Of a stretch of 64,000 nucleotides of DNA, positions 41,203 through 51,424 are shown piece after piece. The notes under the pieces were generated by a model, which was given only the letters and a program-made list of their open reading frames with translations, ran no database searches and was not told the origin of the DNA. The translations under genes and the position numbers were made by a program. The stretch comes from an uncultured Spirochaetota bacterium. GTDB taxonomy: Bacteria; Spirochaetota; Spirochaetia; SZUA-6; CAVTHK01. Position 1 is the first letter of the stretch. Each line of letters begins with the position of its first letter. The stretch is taken from positions 128,001-192,000 of the forward strand of contig CAVTHK010000010.1 in NCBI GenBank assembly GCA_963734495.1, in the 5' to 3' direction.

Positions 41203-42939
41203 ATGAGAAGGACTCTCCGGGCCGCCGCCGGACTGGCTGCAGGGGTTTTGCTGGGCGCCTGTGGGAGCTCGTCCTTACTGAACCCCGACGTCGAGCCCGA
41301 GATCACCATCAAGTCCGCCTCCAACGGCCAGACGGTCGCGGCGAGCCAGCCGATCGTCTTCGCCGTGACGGGCGGACATTCGCCGGAGCCCGATCGGGTC
41401 GTCGTGAGCATCGAGACGGCGGACGGGGCGCGGGCGGGCGGGACCGCGGTCGACGCACCCGACCTCAACCGCGACCTTTCGGTCGACCTCGCTCCTCTCG
41501 CGGGACGCGTGGGGCAGTACAGCGCCCGCTTCTCCCTCATTTCGGGCGGGACCGTCATCCAGGAAAAGTCGCTCGTCTTCTTCATAGGCCTCGCGGGCAC
41601 CAGCATCAACGGCATCGAGTCGCGGCCTTCGCTCATCTACACCGGGTCGTCGGTGGAGCTCTCGGTCGAGCTCGCGGCCGCCGCAGGCGCGGACCCGTTC
41701 CTTCGCTGGACCGAGAACGGCAAGCCGTTCGGCGGGGGGCTGGCCTCCCAGGGGGGGGCGCGTGTGAGCTGGAAGGCGCCGCGGGACCCCGGAGTCTACT
41801 CGATCGGCGTCGAGCTCTTCCCCGTGGCCCCTGCCGAAGGGCTCGGTTTCCGCTATTCCTCCTCGACCCGGACCAGCACCGAGCTGTACGTGTCGCCTCT
41901 CAGGCAGGGCCGGTCGCTCGGTCCCGCGGCCTCCTACTGGATGCTGTACGATCTCGACGGGTCGCTGAGCGACGCCGCGCAGGGCGGCGTGAGTGCCGAG
42001 GCGATCGGGACCGTCGAGCCTGCCGCCTCGGGCGACAACCTGGGGTACAGTCTCATCGCTCCGTCCGGGCTGCGCATCGCCCGCTCGATCATTCCCGAGT
42101 CGGGTCCCCAGCTCCAGGGCCTGACCGTTTCCATCGGCCTCACCCTCGCCGAGACCAGGCCGGGCGCGCGTCTGGTCGTATCGGGCGCGGACCAGCGCAC
42201 GATCACCGTCAGCGTCGCGTCCGACGGCTCGCCCGTGGCTCTCTTCCATTCCGAGTCCCGGGACGTCACCGTGCATTCGGGCCTGGCGCCCCTTCTCTCC
42301 GCGGATCGTCACGAGATCGACCTGACCCTGATGAGGACCGCCGACGGCATCGCGGCGATCTGGTTCCTGGATGGCGAGCCCGGCAGCGTGACGCAGCTCG
42401 GACAGGACCCGCCGCTCCCCGCGCCCGGCACGGGCCAGACTTCGATCGGCGGCCCCGGAGGGATCAGCGGGATCGTGGATGAGTTCGGCGTCTTCTACCG
42501 CGATGCGGACGGCAGGCCGGGGCCGGACCCCGACGTGTACCTGCGCGGGATGAGCCTCCGCTACGGCGACGCACTCCTGCTCGCCGACGGCTTCGACGGC
42601 GCGCGGATCAAGACGACCTGGCGCGTCGAAGGCACCGCCTCCGTCGACCTCGGCAACCTGCGGCTCGCCCCCGGCTCCTCCGTGGAGACCGGGATGCAGA
42701 AACCGGCCAGCGGCGAAATCGTGCTCGAAACCGTGGCCGACCGCCCTCTGGCCGCTGCGTGGCAGGGTCGGACCCTGCGGCTGACTCCGGCCGGGAGCAG
42801 GGGAACCGAGGAGCGGACCAGGCTGCGGCTCCGCCCCCCCGAAGGCGAAGCCGGCGCGTCAGGCGACTACCGCTTCGTCCTCGCCAACGGCGGGGATGGA
42901 CCTCTTTCCGTCGCGAGCCTGCTGGCCTACGCGGACTGA
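41203..42939 (+). CDS. lipoprotein with Ig-like and ConA/LamG-like beta-rich domains
   Basis: ATG 41203 with lipoprotein signal MRRTLRAAAGLAAGVLLGAC; WFLDG and GISGIVDEFGVF are LamG-like. Confidence 0.65.
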   Translation: MRRTLRAAAGLAAGVLLGACGSSSLLNPDVEPEITIKSASNGQTVAASQPIVFAVTGGHSPEPDRVVVSIETADGARAGGTAVDAPDLNRDLSVDLAPLAGRVGQYSARFSLISGGTVIQEKSLVFFIGLAGTSINGIESRPSLIYTGSSVELSVELAAAAGADPFLRWTENGKPFGGGLASQGGARVSWKAPRDPGVYSIGVELFPVAPAEGLGFRYSSSTRTSTELYVSPLRQGRSLGPAASYWMLYDLDGSLSDAAQGGVSAEAIGTVEPAASGDNLGYSLIAPSGLRIARSIIPESGPQLQGLTVSIGLTLAETRPGARLVVSGADQRTITVSVASDGSPVALFHSESRDVTVHSGLAPLLSADRHEIDLTLMRTADGIAAIWFLDGEPGSVTQLGQDPPLPAPGTGQTSIGGPGGISGIVDEFGVFYRDADGRPGPDPDVYLRGMSLRYGDALLLADGFDGARIKTTWRVEGTASVDLGNLRLAPGSSVETGMQKPASGEIVLETVADRPLAAAWQGRTLRLTPAGSRGTEERTRLRLRPPEGEAGASGDYRFVLANGGDGPLSVASLLAYAD

Positions 42940-42945
42940 CCCGAC

Positions 42946-44091
42946 GTGAGCTCCCCGAAACCGGGCCGAAGCCGGTCCCAGAGCGAACGCCCGGCGTTGG
43001 GGTCGATGGCGGCCTTTATCGCGCAACTTCCCGATCACACGCCCAGGGCGATCGTCGACCGCATCCGCGGCGCCGGCTACGTGGGCCAGACCCCGGCCCT
43101 CAAGGCAGCGGCCCTCATGGCGTATCGGCACGTCGCGCGCCTCAAGAAGGTCTACGTCCGCGGCGTGGACCCTTCGCATCTCCCGCCCAAGACGAACCTG
43201 CTGTTCGTGGGGCCGACGGGCTGCGGCAAGACGTTCCTCGTCGAGATCCTCTTCCGGGACATCCTCGCGCTGCCGACGGTCATCGTCGACATGACCAACT
43301 ACTCCGAGACCGGCTATGTCGGCCAGGACGTCCCGTCCATCCTGACCCGCCTGCTGTACGCCGCCAACCTGAACCCGGTGGCCGCGGCCATCGGGGTCGT
43401 CTGCCTGGACGAGTTCGACAAGCTGGCGTCCGGACACAACAACGCGGTCTTCGCCGGGGCGGGCACCACCAAGGACGTCACCGGCATCGGGGTTCAGCGC
43501 GAGCTGCTCAAGATGCTCGAGGGCTCCGACGTCACGGTCCCCATCGAGCTCTCGCACTCCGACTACGCGCCGCGCTCGGTGCTTTCGACGCGCGACATCC
43601 CCTTCGTGGCCTGCGGCGCCTTTTCCGGCCTCAAGGGGCTCATCGAGCGGCAGGGCGAGCACATCGGCTTCGGCCGCGAGGCGCTCTCGGGAACGCAGGA
43701 CCGCATCGCCGTGAGCTATACCGACCACGAGGTGGACCTGGTCCGCAACTTCACCAGCTACGGCTTTCTGCCCGAGCTGATCGCGCGGTTCAAGCGCGTC
43801 ATCCCCTTCTCCGCCCTTGGGGAGGATGAGCTCGCGCAGATCCTCGACAAGAGCCTGCTGCCGCGCTACCGCAACGAGTTCGCGAGCGAGGGGAAGGAGC
43901 TGGTGATCACGCCCGCAGCCCGGCGCACGCTCGTCTCCGAGAGCGTCGCAAAGGAAACGGGCGCGCGGGGACTGGAATCCGCGCTGATGCGCGCGATCGA
44001 GGAGGCAGCGTTCGAGGCCTACTCCGCGCCCGACTGCCGCCGCGTCGAAATCGTCGTTTCGGGCAATGCCCTCACCCACCGGCTCCAGTAA
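42946..44091 (+). CDS. ClpX-like AAA+ ATPase lacking the N-terminal zinc-binding domain
   Basis: GPTGCGKT, GYVG pore-1, LDEFDK, KDVTGIGVQRELLKMLEG, IGF loop (HIGFG), GFLPELIAR, TGARGL. Confidence 0.9.
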   Translation: MSSPKPGRSRSQSERPALGSMAAFIAQLPDHTPRAIVDRIRGAGYVGQTPALKAAALMAYRHVARLKKVYVRGVDPSHLPPKTNLLFVGPTGCGKTFLVEILFRDILALPTVIVDMTNYSETGYVGQDVPSILTRLLYAANLNPVAAAIGVVCLDEFDKLASGHNNAVFAGAGTTKDVTGIGVQRELLKMLEGSDVTVPIELSHSDYAPRSVLSTRDIPFVACGAFSGLKGLIERQGEHIGFGREALSGTQDRIAVSYTDHEVDLVRNFTSYGFLPELIARFKRVIPFSALGEDELAQILDKSLLPRYRNEFASEGKELVITPAARRTLVSESVAKETGARGLESALMRAIEEAAFEAYSAPDCRRVEIVVSGNALTHRLQ

Positions 44092-44113
44092 CCCCGGCCC
44101 GGCGGGGCCGGAG

Positions 44114-44158
44114 GCGGGGGCCGGCAGCGCGGGGGCCGGCATCGCGGGAGCCGGCGGC
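44114..44158. repeat. three tandem 15-bp repeats
   Basis: GCGGGGGCCGGCAGC / GCGGGGGCCGGCATC / GCGGGAGCCGGCGGC between the clpX-like and M28 genes. Confidence 0.7.
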
Positions 44159-44189
44159 GCCCCGGTCCGGACCCCGCGCCGCGGCCCTG

Positions 44190-45008
44190 ATGGACCTCGT
44201 GCAGTGGCAGGTCGCGTTCGGCCATCGTCACCCCGGGGCGCCCGGCCACGCGGCGTTTCACCGCGCTCTCCGCGACCGGCTGCAAGCGACGGGCCTGGAC
44301 GTGCGCGCGCAGCACTTTCCCCTTCGCTTCAACGGGAAGGCGTGCTCCTGCGCCAACTACGTCGTCCACGTCCCCGCGGGCGGGCCGGCCGCACGCGGGC
44401 CGCTGCTCGTCGGGACCCACTTCGACAGCCGCCTCATCGCGGATCGCGAGCGAGACGCGGAGGCGCGCTCGCGGCCGATCCTCGGCGCCAACGACGGGGG
44501 CTCCGGGACTGCGGTCCTCCTTCACCTTCTCGAGAACCTGCCCGCGGGCGGGCCGACCCGCGACCTTCTCCTCGCCTTCTTCGATGCGGAGGATGTCGGC
44601 GGCATCGAAGGGTACGAGTTCTCCGTCGGGGCGGAGCGCCTGGCCGCGGCTCCCGTCCCCTTCGCTCCCGAGGAGGTCCTGGTGCTCGACATGGTCGGAG
44701 GCCGCGAGCTCGTCCTGGACGAGGACGCGCACATCCACCGTCACCAGCCGAGCCGCAGGCTCACGGCCGAGATCTTCGGCCTTGCCGAGCGGCTCGGGAT
44801 GAAGCCCTTTGCAGCGCCCAAGCCTCACAAGTCCAAGTACATCATCTCCGATCACTATCCGTTCCTCCAGCGGGGGCTGGCGACCTGCATCCTCATCGAC
44901 ATCGACTACCCGCAGTGGCACACCCAGGCCGACCTGCCGCAGGCCATGTCGGGGGAGTCGCTCGCGATGATGGAGGATCTGCTGCTCGCGTACGCGTTCG
45001 CGCGTTGA
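44190..45008 (+). CDS. M28-family metallopeptidase, glutaminyl-cyclase-like
   Basis: QVAFG, THFDSR, LGANDGGSG, FFDAED, LDMVG, SDHYPF, IDIDYPQWHT..D. Confidence 0.85.
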   Translation: MDLVQWQVAFGHRHPGAPGHAAFHRALRDRLQATGLDVRAQHFPLRFNGKACSCANYVVHVPAGGPAARGPLLVGTHFDSRLIADRERDAEARSRPILGANDGGSGTAVLLHLLENLPAGGPTRDLLLAFFDAEDVGGIEGYEFSVGAERLAAAPVPFAPEEVLVLDMVGGRELVLDEDAHIHRHQPSRRLTAEIFGLAERLGMKPFAAPKPHKSKYIISDHYPFLQRGLATCILIDIDYPQWHTQADLPQAMSGESLAMMEDLLLAYAFAR

Positions 45009-45040
45009 TGCGCCGGAGGCCGGCGCGCCGGAGCGGCGCC

Positions 45041-46151
45041 CTACTCGACGGCGATCCGAGGCACGCGCCTGGTGATCAGGCACGTCACCTCGTAGGGGAT
45101 CGTGCCGATGAGGCGCGCGACCTCAGCCGCGTCGGGGCGGCCTTCGCCCGGGCCGAAGAGCGTCACGGGGTCGCCCACCCGCACGTCGGTGCCCGGCCCG
45201 ACGTCGACCATGCACTGATCCATGCAGACGCGGCCCACCACCGGGCAGCGCCTGCCCCCGACCCAGACCTCGCCGCGGCCGGAGAGCTGGCGGCTGTACC
45301 CGTCGGCGTACCCGACGGGCAGCGTCGCGATGCAGGTGCGCCGCTCCGCGCGCCACGTCATCCCGTACGAGATGGCCGTCCCTCGCTCGACCTCCTTGAT
45401 GAAGGCTACCCTCGTGGAGAGCTCCATCACCGGCCGCAGGTCGAGCGGGCGCGGAAGGTCCGTGTACGGGTAGTAGCCATAGAGGGCGAGCCCGACACGC
45501 ACCATCGAGAAGCGGGCCTCGGGAAACCCCAGGACGCCGCCGGTGTTCGAGGCGTGGACGACCCCGGGATCGACGCCGAGACGGCGGATCTCGTCGAGGC
45601 ACCCGCGGAACAGGCCGATCTGGCGTTCCGTGTAGCCCCGCTGCGGCGAGGTCCGCGCCCGCGAAGTGCGTGCACACCCCCGCGAGGGTCAGGCTGCGGG
45701 AGGCGGCCACGCGCCGGGCCAGCGCCGCGGCATGCTCGGGGCGGCAGCCCACGCGGCCCATGCCCGTGTCGATCTTGAGGTGCGCGGCGGCGCTGCGGCC
45801 GAGACGGGCAGCCGCGCGCTCCAGAGCCCCGATGCCCTCCTCGTCCGCCACGAACGGCGCGAGGTCCGCGACCACCGCGGGCTCGGTTTCCTCGGGGAGC
45901 AGGTTCCGCAGGACGAGCACGGGAGCTGTGATTCCCGCCTCGCGCAGCTCGACCCCCTCCTCCACGCCGGCCACACCGAGCGAGTGCGCGCCCGCGGTCA
46001 CGGCAGCCGAAGCCACGATCGCCGCCCCGTGGCCGTACGCGTTCGCCTTGACCATGGCGCAGAGCCGCACGTCGGGAGCAAGCAGCCCGCGGACGGCCTC
46101 CACGTTGTGCCGCAGGTTCGCGAGGTGTATCAGCGCGCGGGTGCACGACAT
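45041..46151 (-). CDS. alr: alanine racemase (apparent frameshift near 45640)
   Basis: MVKANAYGHG, HLKIDTGMGRVG, CTHFA; then MVRVGLALYG, GYADG, GRVCMDQ, TIPYEV. Confidence 0.95.
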
Positions 46152-46248
46152 CGCGGCGGAGTCTACCCAAGCCGGCGCGGTTTGGCCAGCGGCCTCCCTG
46201 TCACGCTTACCCTTCGGCCGATGTTTGTAGTATGCTCAAGGCGAAACG

Positions 46249-47514
46249 ATGACGTCACCCACCGACACGAAGCAGAGCGCCTTTCTTTTCGCCATCGACA
46301 CGGGCAAGGCGCTCTGGAGCGTCGCGGACTCCCTCGAGGAGCTCGCCCAGCTCGCGGCGACCGCCGGAATCGCTGTCGTGGCGCGGGCCTCGCAGAAGCG
46401 CCCCGCGCCCGACCCGCACGCGTACATGGGCCCCGGCAAGCTCGAAGAGGTCGCGGCCGAGCTGGAGCGCTTCGAGGCTGACATGCTCATCGTGGACGAC
46501 GAGGTCACGCCGGCCCAGCAGCGGACGCTCGAGAAGCGGCTCGAGGTCCCGGTCGTCGACCGCACGGCGCTGATCCTGGAGATCTTCGCGCGCCACGCCC
46601 GCACCCGCGAAGGGCAGCTGCAGGTGGAGCTGGCGCAGTACGAGTACCTGCTGCCGAGGCTGGCGGGCCTGTGGACGCACCTGGAACGGCAGGCCGGCGG
46701 GCGGCGCGGCGGCGTCGGCCTGCGCGGACCCGGCGAGACGCAGCTCGAGATGGACCGGCGGGTCGCGCGGAAGCGCATGGCGGCCCTGCGCAAGGAGATC
46801 GAGACGGTGCGGGCGCAGCGGCTGCAGCGCCGCGACCGGAGGCGGCGCAACGAGGCGCCGGTGGTCGTGCTCAGCGGGTACACCAACGCGGGCAAGAGCA
46901 GCCTGCTCAACCGGATCGCCGGCACGGACGTGCTCGCAGCGAACCAGCTCTTTGCCACCCTCGACCCGACCACGCGGCGCGTACGCCTCCCGAGCGGCGC
47001 CACGGTGCTGTTCAGCGACACGGTCGGCTTTATCAACAAGCTGCCGCACGAGCTGGTGGCGGCGTTCCGCGCGACCCTCGAGGAGATCGCGGAGGCGGAC
47101 GTCGTTCTCCTGGTGGTCGACGCCGCGCACGCGCGCGCCGAGGCGCAGCACCAGGTTTCGCGCGCGGTGCTCGACGACCTGGGCGCGCCCCGCGAGCGCA
47201 CGCTCACGGTCTGGAACAAGGTCGATCTCCTCGAGCCGGGCGTGAGCGGCCCCAACGGGTCGCCGCGCGTGAGCGCGCTCACCGGCCAGGGCATCCCCGA
47301 GCTGCTCGCCGCGGTCGAGGAGCTCCTGCGCAGCGGGATGGAGCGGCTCGCGCTGCTCGTGCCGTACGCGGAGACGCTGCTCACGCAGGAGGTCCGCACG
47401 CAGGGGATCGTGCTCTCGGAGCACGCCGAGGATGACGGGATGAGGCTCGACGCCTACGTGCCGCCCCGCCTCGCGGGCAGGCTGCGGTCTGCCGGCGCCG
47501 TCACAGGTAGCTGA
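46249..47514 (+). CDS. hflX: GTPase HflX
   Basis: DRTALILEIFARHARTREG, RGPGETQLE, GYTNAGKS, LFATLDPT, DTVGFI, AFRATLEE, NKVD. Confidence 0.97.
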   Translation: MTSPTDTKQSAFLFAIDTGKALWSVADSLEELAQLAATAGIAVVARASQKRPAPDPHAYMGPGKLEEVAAELERFEADMLIVDDEVTPAQQRTLEKRLEVPVVDRTALILEIFARHARTREGQLQVELAQYEYLLPRLAGLWTHLERQAGGRRGGVGLRGPGETQLEMDRRVARKRMAALRKEIETVRAQRLQRRDRRRRNEAPVVVLSGYTNAGKSSLLNRIAGTDVLAANQLFATLDPTTRRVRLPSGATVLFSDTVGFINKLPHELVAAFRATLEEIAEADVVLLVVDAAHARAEAQHQVSRAVLDDLGAPRERTLTVWNKVDLLEPGVSGPNGSPRVSALTGQGIPELLAAVEELLRSGMERLALLVPYAETLLTQEVRTQGIVLSEHAEDDGMRLDAYVPPRLAGRLRSAGAVTGS

Positions 47515-48268
47515 GGCTCTTGGCGATCAGCTGGGAGATCTCGTAGCGGCGGGCCGGCGTGATCTCCATGTCCGGCCTGATCAGGCTGTCGAGGCGGCCG
47601 GAGAACTCGTCGGGGACCTTCTTCAGCTTCGTGACCCGCTCGAGCAGCATCTGGTGGCTCGGCTCGAACTGACGGTTCAGCGCAAAGAGAAAGCTGCACA
47701 GGCTCTGCAGGAAGCGGGCGTTCGACAGCCGGTAGAAGAGGTGGTCGCCCCTGTTGACGGCCGCGCCGACGTCGGCGACGGCACGGTCGAGGGCGATGCG
47801 GGAGCCTTCCTTCAAACTATCCCAGAAGGCGTCGGGGACGCGGGCGAGCTTCTCCCGCGAGCGGGCAAGCCACCCCTCGCGATCCTGGAGCACGCGCCCG
47901 TTCTGGATCCTGTAGAGGATGTTGGTGGTCTCGTCGCGGAAGACCCAGTCGCCCTGCCCCGCCCTGTCGAGCAGCGCGTCGATGCGGTCCTGCTCCAGGT
48001 ACATGACGCGGACGGGCATCTCCTCCACCCGGAAGAGGTCGGCGTGCAGCTGCGGCGAGTACGAGAACCCCGGCGGCGAGCCCAGCGCGGCCGAACGCTC
48101 GGCGACAGGCGGAAGCTCGCCGGCGTGGCAGACCGCCAGATCGATGCTGAAGTAGGGGTCGATCGTCTCGGGCGTTTCGGTCTCCCCCAGGACGACGGCC
48201 AGGACCGACTTCCACTCCGACATGCGCTCCGAGAGGGTCTCCGCGATCCGAGCGACTTTCCTCTGCAT
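47501..48268 (-). CDS. nucleotidyltransferase-fold/DUF4037-like protein
   Basis: N-terminal DPYFSIDL (degenerate NTase-like); helical C-terminus FLQSLCSFLFALNRQFEP. Confidence 0.6.
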   Translation of the reverse strand: MQRKVARIAETLSERMSEWKSVLAVVLGETETPETIDPYFSIDLAVCHAGELPPVAERSAALGSPPGFSYSPQLHADLFRVEEMPVRVMYLEQDRIDALLDRAGQGDWVFRDETTNILYRIQNGRVLQDREGWLARSREKLARVPDAFWDSLKEGSRIALDRAVADVGAAVNRGDHLFYRLSNARFLQSLCSFLFALNRQFEPSHQMLLERVTKLKKVPDEFSGRLDSLIRPDMEITPARRYEISQLIAKSLSYL

Positions 48269-48311
48269 GCTGCCCCTCCAACGGTTGCGCAGCCATGGTA
48301 CACGAATTAGG

Positions 48312-48998
48312 ATGGGCCATCAACGCGAGGAGCCCCGCTTGCGCCGCTTCGCAGTAGCCGCTCTCCTGCCTCCCGCCAACGTCGAGCGGCTCGTCCACGA
48401 CCTCCAGGACCGCCTGTTCCGCGAGCTGGGGCTCGCGTCGGCGCAGGCGCTTCCGGCCTTTGCGCCGCTCGCCGCGCTGCCGCCGGGCCTGGAGCCGCGC
48501 GTCTTCGAGTCGGCGATCGAGCCCGAGCGGGCGGCATTCCGCATCGAGCTCGCACCACCGGCCGCGGCCGGCGCGGCCGTCGTGCTCGGCCTGCTCCCCG
48601 GGCCCGGCGGCCTCGAGCGGCTCTCGCGCGTGCACGCCGCGCTCGTGCCCCTGCTCGCCGCGGACGCCGCGGCTGTTCCCTTTGCGCTCGGGGCGCGCCT
48701 GTGGCTCGCCGAGGCCTCGTCGGGGGCGGAGGCCGCCGCTGCTGCGCGCCTGCTCGCCGGCGGCTTCGCCCCTCTCGGCTTTGCGAGCTTCGACTACGCC
48801 ATCCTCGAGGTGGAGGCGGCGGACGGCGAGCCGTGGTGGCGCGAGCTGCGGTGGCGCACGTACGCGCACGTGCGCGCGCGCCGCGGGCCGCCTGCGGCGC
48901 GCAAGGCGGACGGGCCTCGCCGCGCGCCGATTCGCGTTGACAAGAGATCGGACCGCTGGCTATACTCCGGGCAACCGCTGCGGTGGTGGAATTGGTAG
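48312..48998 (+). CDS. hypothetical protein (possibly a degenerate 2H-phosphoesterase fold)
   Basis: Host-like codon usage; the 3' end runs across the tRNA promoter, so the end is uncertain. Confidence 0.45.
   Translation: MGHQREEPRLRRFAVAALLPPANVERLVHDLQDRLFRELGLASAQALPAFAPLAALPPGLEPRVFESAIEPERAAFRIELAPPAAAGAAVVLGLLPGPGGLERLSRVHAALVPLLAADAAAVPFALGARLWLAEASSGAEAAAAARLLAGGFAPLGFASFDYAILEVEAADGEPWWRELRWRTYAHVRARRGPPAARKADGPRRAPIRVDKRSDRWLYSGQPLRWWNW
48937..48966 (+). promoter_or_regulatory. sigma70 promoter of tRNA-Leu
   Basis: TTGACA (48937-42), 18 nt, TATACT (48961-66). Confidence 0.85.
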
Positions 48999-49062
48999 AC
49001 ACGCTAGCTTGAGGGGCTAGTCAGGGTTATACCTGGTGGAGGTTCAAGTCCTCTCCGCAGCA
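48977..49062 (+). tRNA. tRNA-Leu(GAG), CCA not encoded
   Basis: Acceptor stem GCTGCGG/CCGCAGC plus A; D arm GTGGAATTGGTAGAC; anticodon arm CTAGC-TTGAGGG-GCTAG; long variable arm; GGTTCAAGTCC T arm. Confidence 0.97.
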
Positions 49063-49236
49063 AGGTAACACCATCGGGGAAAGCAACTTAGCGGATAGGC
49101 CCGAGGCGATGCTCGCCGAGATCGGGCGCAATCCGCGGCTGAGACGGTTCACTGACGGTCCTTTCCGGGGCGCAACCGCCGGGGTTAGCGGGCGCTCCCG
49201 GGTCGTGGATGCGAAAGCTGGCCGCTACATGCGCGA

Positions 49237-50064
49237 CTACCTGTCCAGCCTCACGAAATCGGGCCAGACTTTCGAAAAGAATGCCCGCTGGATCCCTCTC
49301 ACGCTCTCCCCACCGTCAACCACGATATTGGAGCCGACGCTGAAGCTGCCGGCTCGCGAAGCGAGGAATATGGCGGCCCCGGCGATGTTGTCCTTCTCCC
49401 CGATCCGCTTGGCTGGAATCATCCTTCTCATGTCGTCTGTGTGATCGCGGGCCGCCGTGTTCAAATCGGTGGGAAAATCGCCGGGAGAGATTGTGTTCAC
49501 ATGAATCCCCTCCCAGGCGAGGCTGTCACCCAAGTGGCGATCCAGCTGTATCACGCCGGCTTTGCTGACGCCGTAGGCGTAGTTGTAGACCGAGTTGAGC
49601 TTGCCGCAGCCGTCGATGGAAGCGATATTGATCACGTTTCTCGGGGTCTTGGGCGAAGCCCCCACTCGCAGGAAAGGCAAGAACGCCTGGATCATGAAGA
49701 AGATGGTCTTGGTGTTGAGATCCGTCACCGCGTCCCATGTCTCCTCGGTGACGTCTTCGATCTCTCGGCCGCCGTCACTGATTCCAGCGTTGTTCACCAG
49801 GATATCGAGTGACTGCTCCCGTTCACCGTAAGCCCTTGCCAGCGCCTTGATACCCGCAACTGAACTTACATCGGCCGTGATGTACTCGCAGGGGCCGATA
49901 GTCGCCAACTCCTTCTGTTTCTTCTTCAGCTCCTGCACTCTGCGGGCTACCAGGTAGACCTTCGCGCCAAAACTGACAAAGCCCTCGGCGATCATGGCTC
50001 CGATGCCAACCGAACCACCGGTCACCAACGCGATCTTGCCTTCCAGCGAAAACAGATCTTTCAT
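49237..50064 (-). CDS. SDR-family oxidoreductase
   Basis: TGGSVGIG, LVNNAG, NIAS, YGVSK, VNTISPG, VDGG. Confidence 0.95.
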   Translation of the reverse strand: MKDLFSLEGKIALVTGGSVGIGAMIAEGFVSFGAKVYLVARRVQELKKKQKELATIGPCEYITADVSSVAGIKALARAYGEREQSLDILVNNAGISDGGREIEDVTEETWDAVTDLNTKTIFFMIQAFLPFLRVGASPKTPRNVINIASIDGCGKLNSVYNYAYGVSKAGVIQLDRHLGDSLAWEGIHVNTISPGDFPTDLNTAARDHTDDMRRMIPAKRIGEKDNIAGAAIFLASRAGSFSVGSNIVVDGGESVRGIQRAFFSKVWPDFVRLDR

Positions 50065-50285
50065 CCCCGGAACCTCCGTGTGGCGTTGATCTCCCCGAGC
50101 CTCTTCTGCTCCATCAACTATGCTCCAGGTGGCTGTCTCGATCCAGTGGACCGTAGCGCCGCGCCGCCGATCCAGCCCAGGCCGAGCATGGACGTGAAGA
50201 CGTGGAGAAGAAGTCCCGCCATCCTCTGCTGTCAGGCGGCCGCATGGATCGGAAGCTTCGGACGAGTGCTGTTTCGCGACAGTGA

Positions 50286-50630
50286 CTACAGTCCGTGGAG
50301 GTACCCATAGACCGAGGGCCTTGTCGCCGCCGTGGCCTTCACCAGCTCGGGCGAAAGGTCGCCACAGAGATCGAGTTGGGCGTCGGCGTAGCTGAAAAGC
50401 GTCCCCAGGGCCTCCCCGAGGTTGGCGATGTGCTCGAGCACAGCCTTGGAGTCTCTGTACTGTTCTCGAACGACGCACTCGGTGCCGTCCTCGTTGAGGA
50501 ACCAGTCGTACTGGAGGCAGCCCTTGTCCTTCTCCCTGGTGAGTTGCATGCACTTGCTCGCCGCGGCTTTGAAGTCATCGAGGCGGCCTTTGTGAATCTT
50601 CAGTCGTGCGTAGATTTGGATCGTGTTCAT
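50286..50630 (-). CDS. antibiotic biosynthesis monooxygenase (putative quinol monooxygenase) family protein
   Basis: EKDKGCLQYDWF...VVREQYRDSKAVLEH. Confidence 0.85.
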   Translation of the reverse strand: MNTIQIYARLKIHKGRLDDFKAAASKCMQLTREKDKGCLQYDWFLNEDGTECVVREQYRDSKAVLEHIANLGEALGTLFSYADAQLDLCGDLSPELVKATAATRPSVYGYLHGL

Positions 50631-50731
50631 CACCGACTCCTTCAGACCCGACACTGCGCTCCGGAAGTGCCAGATAGCCGCGAGAGTTCAAGCCCTCACA
50701 CGGACGGTAGCGCGACGCCTGGTCTCAGCGC

Positions 50732-51010
50732 TTACTTCAGCTCCTCGTAGATGTACCGGACGCTGTTGTCTGCGACGCGCTTCTCGCGGTTCTCCTTGAG
50801 CAGGGCTTCGTACTTCGGGTTCGGCTTCTTCATCTGCTCGTCGAAGGCCGCGAGAGACTCGCAGGTGCGGGTGAACATGATCTTTTGCGTCGGGCCGGCT
50901 ACCGGCGTGAACACAGTACTGCCGGTGCATGCCGCGACCTTCCTGGCCCAGTCCCACGCCTCCAGCCTCTTGCCGAAGGGGATGTCAACGACCGTGATGA
51001 CGATGACCAT
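50732..51010 (-). CDS. small protein, dimeric alpha/beta barrel (NIPSNAP-like)
   Basis: SD AGGAGG; PFGKRLEAWDWA...ESLAAFDE...KYEALL pattern. Confidence 0.6.
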   Translation of the reverse strand: MVIVITVVDIPFGKRLEAWDWARKVAACTGSTVFTPVAGPTQKIMFTRTCESLAAFDEQMKKPNPKYEALLKENREKRVADNSVRYIYEELK

Positions 51011-51424
51011 GGAAACCTCCTGCTGCGTATTTGTTCAAGGGTAGAAGCTTCATCCAGGCTTTCCCCCATGTCCCCGACTGTCACCGATGTGTCGCCGGCC
51101 GTCACTTCCGGCGGGCGCCGCTGGGAGGTCGCCGCTGCGGCGAAAGGCGGGACGCCGCTGCGGCATACCCGTGGCCCTTCGCTCAGGTGCCGCCTCCCCC
51201 GCGAACAGATCGCCAAAGTGTCGCTCATGGAGGTGCAGCGCGCCAGCGGATCGAAGCCAAAATGTCTTCGACCGTCAGGAAATTGTCCCCGAGCGTTCAC
51301 TTTTGACGCGGGGTGACCGTCGCGCGGGTGGTGGCAGTCCTGTGCGAGCGGCCGACGCAGTGGACCAGGTCGCGCCATGCACAGCGGGCAGGCAACGGAC
51401 CACGCGGCTGTCGGAGAAGGCGGC

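Noticed and set aside
39682..42939. 1085-aa RecQ-lipoprotein fusion
   Set aside because: The second half has its own ATG, lipobox and a TATCAT -10-like box; a TGA at 41199-41201 in another frame would end RecQ after one indel; a cytoplasmic helicase fused to an internal lipoprotein signal is implausible
50686..50697. GTTCAAGCCCTC resembling the tRNA T-arm (possible attR)
   Set aside because: An 11/12 match is too short to distinguish from chance and does not extend to the tRNA 3' end
51116..51165. Three CGCCGCTG copies in an intergenic region
   Set aside because: Short, irregularly spaced and expected at this GC content
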